In this document: piece by piece, positions 22,367 through 32,305 of the stretch
How positions within the stretch are numbered: the first letter of the stretch is position 1
How the letters are laid out: each line of letters opens with the position of its first letter
Origin: Nemertoderma westbladi
Taxonomy: Eukaryota; Animalia; Xenacoelomorpha
Assembly: GCA_032718475.1 (NCBI GenBank)
Contig: JAUCBJ010004785.1
Location: 1-32,305 of the forward strand
Reading direction: 5' to 3'
Length of the DNA: 32,305 nucleotides
Notes under the pieces: generated by a model
Database searches by the model: none
What the model was told of the DNA's origin: nothing
The model's input: the letters and a program-made list of their open reading frames with translations, nothing else
Translations under genes and position numbers: made by a program

Positions 22367-25002
22367 TCTAATATATATAAATATGCATTGTCTGTCTGTC
22401 TGTCTGTTTGTCATCAGCTATACAATCGAACCCATCTCGATGAAATCTCGCTTACTATAGCTCGTTAGAAAGGTCTCGCCCTAACTCGTTGCAACGTAAT
22501 ACTCAGACCCGTCTGAAGTTCCCCGTCTGCCGCTAGAGGGCGATTTTCGTGATTTTCGGGCGAAATTTATCGAATTATTTCGGTTCTTCTATCGGTAATT
22601 AATGATTTAGAGGGCTAACATTTATCCCACCTGGTATAAAATTAACATGGGTAGATTCGCCGTGTCCCATTCTCACAAAGTTTTTATTTTATTCGAGTGT
22701 TTAATATAAATATGTATGATTATTTATTGATTAAAAATCAAATAGTGTATAAATATGTCATATTCGCCAAGCACGATCGAATGGGCCTATAGTTATTGAA
22801 TAGGGAAGGATTGTTTTCTGTATCATAGCAACGTTAAGGTAATTATTGAACTCGCAGCTAGATGGCTGGGCACAGATAAGGAGCAACCAGGCTGGAGTGT
22901 TGATTGGGGTGGGTTTGGGTTGTCTGTTGCGAATTGCTCAGAGTAATTCTGCTTTCTCAATCATTGGCTGCATGGAAGGAGAGGTTTATAACATTTTTGT
23001 TTTACTGTTATGAATATTAAAAGTAAAATAATTATTTCTGTAGGCCTATATTATTTTATCTAATATTATACATCTAATCTCGATGAAATCTCGCTTACTA
23101 TAGCTCGTTAGATGGGTCTCGCCCTAACTCGTTGCAACGTAATACTCAGAGCCGTCTGAAGTTCCACCGTCTGCCGCTAGAGGGCGAATTATCCGATAGT
23201 GAAAACCTGATCTTATAGGGTTGTTTTTAATGCTTTTGAGCTGAAACGTGGTAGCTATATACTGCAGCATAGGCTGTATATTTCCGGAGTCACTGGGTTG
23301 TCTACAGTTCCCCAGTCTACCGTTAGAGGGCTAAATGTCTGAGAGTTAACATCTTCTCCAACTTTATTATTTACAATCCGTTTTGACTGAAACTTGGTAG
23401 GCATCTACTACAGCATAGGCTGAATCTTTACTGAGTCGCAGAGTCGTCTACAATTTCCCAGTCTACCGCTAGAGGGCGAAATGTCTGCAAGTTAACATCT
23501 TCTCCAACTTTGTTATTTATAATCCATTTAGACTGAACTTGATAGGCATCTACTACAGCATAGGCTATATCTTTACTGAGTCGCGCAGAGTTGTCTACAG
23601 TACCCAAGTCTGCCGCTAGAGGGCGAAATGTATGAAAGTTAACATCTTCTCAAACTTTGTTATTTACAAACCTTTTAGACTGAAACTTGGTAGGCATCTA
23701 CTATAGCATAGGCTATCTTTGCGGAGTAGTAGAGTCGTCTACAGTTCCACAGTCAGCAGCAAGAGGGCGAATTGTCTGATAGTGAAAACCTCATCCCATT
23801 TGGTTCTTTTTAATCCTTTTGAGCTGAAACTTGGCAGGTATCTACTACATCCTAGGCTCTATCTTTACGGAGTTGCAGAGTCCTATACACTTCCGCAGTC
23901 TACCGCTAGAGGGTGAAATGTCTGAAAGTTACCATCTTCTCCAACTTTGTTATTTATAATCCATTTAGACTGAACTTGGTAGGCATCTACTACAGCATAG
24001 GCTATATCTTTACTGAGTCGCGCAGAGTTGTCTACATTACCCGCGTCTGCCGCTAGAGGGCGAAATGTATGAAAGTTAACATCTCCTCCAACTTTGTTAT
24101 TTACAATCCTTTTAGACTGAAACTTGGTAGATATCTACTATAGCATAGGCTATATCTTTGTGGAGTAGTAGAGTCGTCTACAGTTCCACAGTCAGCCGCT
24201 AGAGGGGGAATTGTCTGATAGTGAAAACCTCATCCCATTTGGTTCTTTTTAATCCTTTTGAGCTGAAACTTGGCAGGTATCTACTACATCATAGGCTGTA
24301 TCTTTACGGAGTTGCAGAGTCCTATACACTTCCCCAGTCTACCGCTAGAGGGTGAAATGTCTGAAAGTTAACATCTTCTCCAACTTTGTTATTTACTAAC
24401 GGTTTAGACTGAAACTTGGTAGGCATCTACTACAACATAGGCTGTACCTTTACGGATTCGCAGAGTTGTATACAGTCCCCCCTTTTGACGCTAGAGGGCG
24501 AAATATCTGATAGTGAACACCTCATCCCATTTGGTTCTTTTTAATCCTATTGAGCTGGAACTTGGCAGGAATCTACTACAGCATATTCTGTATCTTTACG
24601 GAGTCCTAGAGTCGTCTACAGTTCTTCAGTCTATCGCTAGAGGGTGAAATGTTTGAATATGAACATCTACACCAATTTTGTTATTTACAATCTGTTTAAG
24701 CTGAAACTTGAAAGGCAGGCATTTTACTTCACCATAAACCCCATCTTTACCAAACTGCAGCGCCGTCTGCATTTTACCAGTCCGCAGGTAGAGGGTGGAT
24801 CTGAAAGTGATCATTTTCTGGAAATTTTGTTATTTACAATCTGCCTAAAGTTGAAACTTGACAGTTATCTCTTATGGGGGGTGGTGTTTTATTTAATGAT
24901 GGTGTCTGTTCCGTATGCAGTTCTAAAATCTTCCACACATATTCATATATCATCTGCACGTGCACTAGAAAGCTGTGGCCCGAAGGGCCACAGGCTTTCT
25001 AG
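22367..25002 (+). mobile_element. Non-autonomous Helitron-like element B2 (array ~3 monomers longer than B1)
   Basis: Collinear and highly similar to B1; 3' hairpin 24964-25002. Confidence 0.8.
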
Positions 25003-26050
25003 TATATATATAAATCTCGATTGTCTGTCAGTCAGTCAGTCTGTATGTTTGTCATCGGCTATACAATCGAACCCATCTCGATGAAATCTCGCTTGCTATA
25101 GCTCGTTAGAAAGGTCTCGCCCTAACTCGTTGCAACGTAATACTCAGATCCGTCTGAAGTTCACCCGTCTGCCGCTAGAGGGCGATTTTCGTGATTTTCG
25201 GGCAAAATTTATCGAATTATTTTCGGTTCTTCTATCGGTAATTAATGATTTAGAGGGCTAACATTTATCCCACCTGGTATAAAATTAACATGAGTAGATT
25301 CGCCGTGTCCCATTCTCACAAAGTTTTTATTTTATTCGAGTGTTTAATATAAATATGTATGATTATTTATTGATTAAAAATCAAATAGTGTATAAATATG
25401 TCATATTCGACACGCAGGATCGAATTGGCCTATTGTTAGTGAATAGGGAAGGATTGTTTTCTGTATCATAGCAACGTTAAGGTAATTATTGAACTCACAG
25501 CTAGCTGGCTGGGCACAGATAAGGAGCAAGCCAGGCTGGAGTGTTGATTGGGGTGGGTTTGGGTTGTCTGTTGCAAACTGCTCAAGAGTAATTCTGCTTT
25601 CTCAATCATTGGCTGCATGGAAGGAGAGGTTTATAACATTTTTGTTTTACTGTTATGAATATTAAAAGTAAAATAATTATTTCTGTAGGCCTATACCTAC
25701 TGTATTATTATTTTATCTAATATTATACATCTAATCTCGATGAAATCTCGCTTACTATAACTCGTTAGATAGGTCTCGCCCTAACTCGTTGCAACTTAAT
25801 ACTCAGATCCGTCTGAAGTTCCCCCGTCTGCCGCTAGATGGCGAATTGTCCGATGGTGAAAACCTGATCTCATTGGGTTGTTTTTAATGCTTTTGAGCTG
25901 AAACTTTGTAGCTATATACTGCAGCATAGGCTGTATATTTCTGGAGTCACTGAGTTGTCTACAATTCCCCAGTCTACCGTTAGAAGGCTAAATGTCTGAG
26001 AGTTAACATCTTCTCCAACTTTGTTATTTACATTCCGTTTAGACTGAAAC
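25003..26050 (+). mobile_element. 3'-truncated Helitron-like element B3
   Basis: B-type 5' body and two array monomers, then an abrupt switch at AGACTGAAAC|TATATATATAAATATCATG to an A-type 5' end with no hairpin. Confidence 0.75.
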
Positions 26051-26358
26051 TATATATATAAATATCATGTGTCTGTTTGTCTAAGCTATACGTTTCTACA
26101 CACAAGCACCAATCAGAGCTCGCGATACATCGAACAAAAGCTCTCATCATATGCACGTGCACTGTCGCTATCTCGAGTCTTATTTTACGCGTTTGTTTGC
26201 GTGAATGCGAATTTCGTGAATACGGTACCGGTAGCGCGGTAGGCCTAACAGTTCATTCTGTCACTCTACACATTGGGTATCGACTATTATGCTACTTTAT
26301 GATGCGCATCTACGTGATGCAGACTGCCCCGAGCACATGGACGTGAAACGTGGTTATA

Positions 26359-29300
26359 CTACTACTACTACTAGGTCGAGCAAACTCGGACAGTGGAAAT
26401 GAGATCCTTCCAGGCTTCCCGATTCTCCATAGTTGTCGCAATTTCGTTTCTCCCAAGTTCAGTATCCCTTTCAAGTTGATCTATATATGTTATGGCCGGT
26501 CGTCCACGACTACACTTTCCATGAGTTGGTTGCCAGAGAAGTAGATCTGGTATGACCTTCGCCAGCAGTGCCCACTGAATCTTAATCTGCGTTCACGGAG
26601 GGTGGTTGATACAGGTGGTATTGTACCATAAAGCTCGGCGTTTGTCATATGTTGTCTCCAGCTGATGTTTAGGGCTGCCCTTAGTAGTCTTGTGTAGCAA
26701 CCATCAATTCGTTGTTCAAGTGATTTAGTCAGTGTCCAGGTCTCACCCCCGTATAAAAATACACTTTCCACTGTGGCTCGAAAGAACTTAGTCTTCAGGT
26801 GCCTGGAGAGATCTGATTTCCAGATGGTATCCATTTTTGATAGAGCTACCCAAGCCTTTGCTTTCCTAACTTCTATGTCCTTCTTGCTACTCTCTATCCA
26901 TGATCCAAGGTACTGGAAGTCATCGACCTTCCTTAGTTGATTATTATCAATGGTTGTCAAGTTCCCATCAACATTAAAGGTCATGAATTCGGTCTTTGTA
27001 GCATTTATATGCAATCCAACCTCCTTAGCTGCCCTCTCCACTTTATTTAGTAGAAGCTGTGCATCTGCTAGCGTATTAGAGAGCAGGGCGATGTCATCCG
27101 CAAAGTCGGTGTCTGTGACTGTAGTTGCCGGATATCTACTACTTCTGTGTTCTTGAAGTGTGAATCCCAGATCTTCACCCTTTGTGGCCGTCCTCATTGC
27201 GTAATCCAGCACAATTACAAATAGTAATGGTGCTAATGTGTCACCTTGCAGTACGCCAGCCAGGATAGAGAAAAACTCAGTTTCACCATCTGGTGAGAGT
27301 ACCTGCACTTCTGTGTCACAATATAACAATCCAATGCCAGCAACAATTACTTCTGGTATTCCATAAGCTCTTAGGATTTCAAGCATTTTACCTCTATGGA
27401 TGGAGTCGAATGCCTTCTTGAAGTCCACAAAAGTCATGACTGCGGGGAGATTCTTTGACTTAATTCCTTCAATCAGTCTCCGTAGTGCAAGTATCTGAGC
27501 TATTGTTGATCTACTTGGTCGAAATCCGTTTTGGCTCTTACGCAGTAGTTTCTCTATTTGAGGCCTAATCCTATATAGAATCATTTTATTGTATATTTTA
27601 GCAGCTACCACAAGCAGACAGATCCCACGATAGTTTGTTGGTATGCCGAGGTCTCCTTTCTTGGGGAGAGGCTTTAGTCCAAATTGGTGGTGGCTTGTCC
27701 CCTTTTAACATCCGGTTGCAAGCAAACATTCAATAATGGTCTGTTTAGCACTCCTGTTTTCCATAACTCCGCTGGGATTTCATCTAATCCACTTACTTTA
27801 TTATTGGACATGCTTTTAATGCTTCTTTGGAGTTCGGCAGGTGTGAAGTCCCCTGTTTCTATAGGTAGTGTCTTGTCATATATTTTCCTTGTAGGGCTGA
27901 CCTCGATGTTTGGTGGCAGCCCAAGCAAGTTGCTGAAGTGATTTTTCCACTTCCCAACATGTTCTTCAGGACTATCGGCTTTGAGGAGCCCCTTTGCACA
28001 ACTTTTCCGACCAGATTTACAGTTTGCCAGGTAAGTCTTGATTGTTGCTGTATGTGAGCAGTTGTAATTGCTTCAGTTTTATCCTGTATGTACTTTTCCT
28101 GGCTGATGTTGTAGGCCAATTTAAGATCGTCCTTAGCTTTCTCAACCTTGTTAATGTTTTCAGTTGTTGGTTGTTCGGTTTTAACTTTGTAGGCTATCTT
28201 AAGATCTTCTCTCTTACAAGTAACCTCAGAGTTTTGCCATGGCACATACTGTTTTCGTTTGGGTTTCTGGGGGATATGCCTCTTAGCTGATTCCTTGTGG
28301 GCTGTTATTATATTCTGGTATATTGAATCGGTGGATTGGTCTTCATCAATTGACTGAAGTGCTTCAAAGCGGTTTTGAACTTCTACTGTATAAGCATCCT
28401 TTACAGCATTGTCAGTTCTGAGTTTCTCCCAGTCATATTTGATTTGCTTGCTTGTCCTGGGTTTGCTGGCTCTCAAACTGAGTCTTATCTCTGCAGTCAC
28501 AATTCTGTGGTCCGAACCGATTAGGTTGAACGAGCTGTATGCCTCGCAGTTGACCATGCTGTTTCTCCACTTTTTGTTTATAAGGATGTAATCCAGTTGT
28601 GCTTTGGTTCCATTGGGGTATGGAAAGGTCCATAGCTTCCCCTTACTCTTTTCGAATGTGTTGTTTGTTGGTATCAATTCACATTATTCCATTAGGTCTA
28701 AAAGTAAGTACCCATTTCTGTTAGAACTGGTGTTATAGGTATATAACCCTTGATGTCTTCTGGGCCAATTTGCGCATTCAGGTCACCAGCAATGACTTTA
28801 ACATTGTGTCTCGGAATGTCCTTTATAAGTCCAGTCAGTTCTTCATAAAACTTGACTGCTTGTTCTGACTCTGAGGCATTGGTTGGACTGTAGCAACATA
28901 TAACTGTTGCCTTGGGATTCCCATCAAATGTTGTGATCATAACCCTGGAATTTATAGATTCGATGTTGTTTAGGGTCTTAAGTGCAAATGGGCTTAGCAG
29001 AATTCCTACTCCACCAATTGATGCATTGGCCGAGTTTCTTACTGCTGAGCTTGTTACTAACGTCCATCCATTTCCAATGTCATTGTACTTCATGGCAGTG
29101 TCTTCATGATAAATCCGATGTTCTTGGATGCAGATGATGTCGATGTTATATTCCATTGCCAGAGCGACCATGTCACCCTGTTTGGTATGTGCTTTCAGCG
29201 TGCATGCGTTCATTGTCGCAATCTTTAGTGTCTTTTTACATTTCAACAGGTTGGTTCTTCTTTCTTCTCTGTCTTCTGTTCCAGTAGCCAATTTATCGAC

Positions 29301-29887
29301 CCCAGCCTGGTGTACCACTGAGGGATGCGGTCCTTGTTGGCCCGGGCGACGACCAAGCTGGTAGTTCTCCTGGAGGGTTCTCATACTCATATCTTTCAGT
29401 TGCGGGAGTAAACCGCTTGTGGTCGCAACTCCTACAAGCGTCTTCGCAGTAGGTCGCCATTGGTTGATTACCTTCCGCCGACCTTGTCAGCATGTCTAGC
29501 CGTTGGTTGATTACCTTCCGCCTATCCATGGCCTACAGCCCTGCTGCCGACTGTAAGGGTCCTTTTGTTACACCCTGAACCAAGTGTGCCTCCTGGGTTA
29601 GGTAACCTAACAATGGTAGAGGAGCATCCAGTATAGACAGGGCGGGGTGTGTATCATTTCTAATGCAGATGCGTATCAAGCCTTTGCCTTCAATGGTGCC
29701 CTAGGCGCTATAGCCATCAATGACTTATTTAGTTGACGGGGCTGAACCAACCCACTCTTGATCAACTAAATAATGAATAGGCTATGCTTATGGGGCCTGC
29801 CCTACTGGGCTGACAGGTACAGGTAGTACCACATTACTGCCATAGTGGTAGCAGGATCTGGGGACCTGACCTGACACTTCGGCCCAC
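26359..29887 (-). mobile_element. RTE-clade non-LTR retrotransposon, apparently full length (3529 bp)
   Basis: 13-bp TSD AAACGTGGTTATA at 26346-26358 and 29888-29900; (TAG)5 3' tail; single APE+RT coding region; ~500-bp 5' leader. Confidence 0.93.
26400..29390 (-). pseudogene. RTE ORF: AP-like endonuclease plus reverse transcriptase, several frameshifts
   Basis: APE: KIATMNACTL, DIICIQEHR, GGVGILLS, CYSPT, AGDLNAQIG, QLDYILI, SDHRIV. RT: QNGFRPSRST, FVDFKKAFDSIHR, GVLQGDTLAPLLF, DFADDIALL, FQYLGS. Split over ORFs 28698-29390, 27859-28677, 27674-27928 and 26490-27611. Confidence 0.93.
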
Positions 29888-31359
29888 AAACGTGGTTATA
29901 TCGAGGCAAATTTTATGCATAATTTATGTGTGAAAGCGTATTTGTGGTCAAGTTGGGCTATAACCATTTTCGGCTAAATTACTGGTCAACCAGCAGGAAA
30001 CTCTATAATAGCGGTTGCACCACCAGACTTAATCTGTTCTAAATGATAATTTGCAGATCTGTTCCCGACCATAGACTGTGTGTTTGGGAGGACACTGATC
30101 AATCTGCAGTTCTCTGGTCTGCCGCTAGGGTGCGAAATGTACGAAACTGAATATACCTCTCCCATTTCGTTGTTTATAATGCTTTTTTGCTGATACTTGC
30201 CAGAGAGAGGTCTGCTACACCATAGACTGCGTGTTTGTGGATAACTCTGAGCAATCTGCAATTCCTCTGTCTGCCACTAGGGTCCAAATGTCTGAAAGTG
30301 AAAACCTTATCCCATTTCGTTATTAATAATGCTTTTAGGCTGATACTTGGCAGAGGTCTACTACATCATTGACTGCGTGTTTGGGGAGGAGCTAAAACCA
30401 GTCTGCATTTATCCAGTCTACCGCTAGGGGGCCCAATGTCTGAAAGTGAAAACCTTATCCCATTTCGTTATTAATATGCTTTTAGGCTGACACTTGGCAA
30501 ATGTGTATTGCACCATAGGGTGTGTGTCTGGGGAGGATGCCGAACAAACTGCAGTTCTCCATTCGGCCGCTAGGGGGCGAAATGTCTGAAAGTGAAAACC
30601 CTCTCCCATTTCGATGTTTATAATGCTTTTAGGCTGATGCTTGGCAGAGGTCTACTACACCATAGACTGCGTGTTTGTGGAGAACTCTGACCAATCTGCA
30701 ATTTCTCAGTCTGCCGCTAGAGGGTTAAATCTCTCAAGTGAAATCCTTCTCCCATTTCGTTGTTTCTAATGCTTTTTTGCTTATACTTGGGAAAGGTATA
30801 CTTGACCATAGGCTGTGTGTTTGGGGAGAACGCTAACCAATCTGCAGTTCTCTAATCTACTGCCAGGGTGCGAAATGTCTGAAAAGTGCAAACATTCTCA
30901 CATTGATTTATTAAAAATGCTTTTAGGCTGATAATTGTCAGAGGTCTACTGTACTACAGTATGTACATCATAAGGCTACCTTTGTGAAGGAGGTTGAGCA
31001 GTCCGCAGTTCTCCAGTCCGCCACTAGGGGACGAATTGTCTGAAAGTGAAATCCTCCCATTTTGATTCTTGGCAGCGATCTAAAAGTACCTACTAAACTA
31101 AATAAACTATACAGTAGGTTGTGTTTACGAGGATGGTAACGACCTGCAGTTCTACAGTTTAACCTTCTTCCATATTTTTAATTTGTAATCCTTTGGAAGT
31201 GATATTTGGCAGGTATATACCACAACCTGAGCCTTATATTACGTTGTACTTAGGGGAAATTCGACGCAAATAACAGCTGATTACTCTCAAAAATAAAACT
31301 GGAACCTGTTCTATTGTGTTAGTTTATTGTTTTGTTAGTTATATAGCTAATATATTATT

Positions 31360-32224
31360 ATATAGCTTGTTAGAAAGGTCTCGCCCAAACTCGTTGCAAA
31401 GTAATACTCAGCTGTCTGAAGTTCCACCGTCTGCCGCTAGAGGGCGAATTGTCCGATAGTGAAAACCTGATATCATTTGGTTCTTTTTAATGCTTTGGTA
31501 GCTATCTACTACACCATAGGCTGTATGTTTACGGAGTCGCAGTGTCTTCTAGAATTCCCCAGTCTACCGCTAGAGGGCAAAATGTTTGGAAGTGAACATA
31601 TTCTTCAACTTTGTTATTTAAAATCAGTTTAGACTGAAACTTCATAGGCATCTACTACAGCATAGGCTGTATCTTTACGGAGTCACAGAATCATCACAGT
31701 TCCCCAGTCTAATTGGGGGATGAAATGTCTGAAAGAGGAAACCTACAATTTTGTTCTTTATGAATGTTTTTTTGCTGATACTTTGCACTTGGCAGAGGAC
31801 TACTACAGCACAGTCTTCGTGTTTGGGGAGGACGCTAACCAGTGCAGAATTATGCAGTTGCCAGTAGGAGTTTCTGCTGTGACCTGTTGCACTATAGGTT
31901 GTGTTTGCGAGGATGCTAACCACTACTCTGCAGTTATGCAGTTTTCCACTAAGGGGAAAATATCACACACAGTTAAAACCTTTTCCCATTTTATTATTTG
32001 TAATCCATTGGATGTGTTACTTGGTAGGTATCTACTACAATATAAAGCCTTATGTTTATTATTGTATGTAGCTGCAACTAAAACGGAATCAGTCTGATAG
32101 TCTTGTGTAAAGTTTTGTTAAGTGAATTAATTTATTTATTTATGTTTGATATTGTCCATTTATTGATTGACTGTATATAGCTTGTGAACTAGAAAGCCGT
32201 GGCCGAAGGCCACGGGCTTTCTAG
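31360..32224 (+). mobile_element. Diverged or chimeric Helitron-like 3' portion (B-like then A-like monomers, terminal hairpin)
   Basis: B module TTAGAAAGGTCTCGCCC at ~31369, cores at ~31434 and ~31567, degenerate monomers, A-like GCTTGTGAACTAG and hairpin 32188-32224 ending CTAG|T. Confidence 0.65.
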
Positions 32225-32305
32225 TTGTTATTATAAAGATCGTCTGCCTGCGTTTAAGAAATATATTTAAATACAAAACAGGACGAACACAATGAGGCTT
32301 ATAAT

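Larger units (their letters stand above)
26051..31250 (+). mobile_element. Helitron-like element A3, interrupted by an RTE LINE; array ~30030-31080; 3' terminus not seen
   Basis: 26051-26358 and 29901 onward are collinear with A2; the right boundary is approximate. Confidence 0.75.

Noticed and set aside
15756-26346. Recurrent short ORFs in the Helitron units (e.g. 15756-16103, 17928-18260, 20925-21206, 21230-21499, 24644-25084, 26077-26346)
   Set aside because: They are translations of microsatellite and satellite DNA, have no recognisable domains, and their frames are not conserved between paralogous copies.
16085-31960. CRISPR-like array interpretation of the regular repeats
   Set aside because: Whole monomers are homologous (no unique spacers), the context is eukaryotic and there are no cas genes.
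15745-32225. Hairpins as rho-independent terminators, pre-miRNAs or hammerhead ribozymes
   Set aside because: Eukaryotic context, no long U tract, too short for a typical pre-miRNA and no CTGANGA/GAAA core arrangement; position at element ends fits Helitron termini.
15700-32305. Autonomous Helitron RepHel gene
   Set aside because: No HUH/Y2 or PIF1 helicase motifs in any ORF, so the Helitron call rests on termini and architecture only.

Overview
AT-rich animal (probably invertebrate) genomic DNA dominated by mobile elements; not prokaryotic. Left third: a decayed Ty3/Gypsy remnant (LTR-PBS-gag, - strand) and two paralogous phase-1/phase-1 exons encoding LamG/ConA-like domains (- strand host gene). 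Between those exons lies a complete PIF/Harbinger element (4563-7830; CTG TSD, 14-bp TIRs, DDE transposase plus Myb/SANT gene) that carries a nested TAA-flanked MITE. Middle: a 167-bp satellite next to a GC-rich, intronless, decayed ~850-codon ORF joining a WRN/EXD-like 3'-5' exonuclease domain to three CCHC zinc knuckles. Right half (15.7-32.2 kb): a head-to-tail stack of non-autonomous Helitron-like elements of at least two families, separated by six conserved CTAG-bounded hairpins; one copy is interrupted by an apparently full-length RTE LINE with a 13-bp TSD. Each Helitron-like unit carries a ~146-147-bp tandem array in which nearly every monomer contains a same-orientation match to the extended CTCF motif (about 50 sites by manual count). 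This is the most striking observation. All calls come from reading by eye; no database searches were run.
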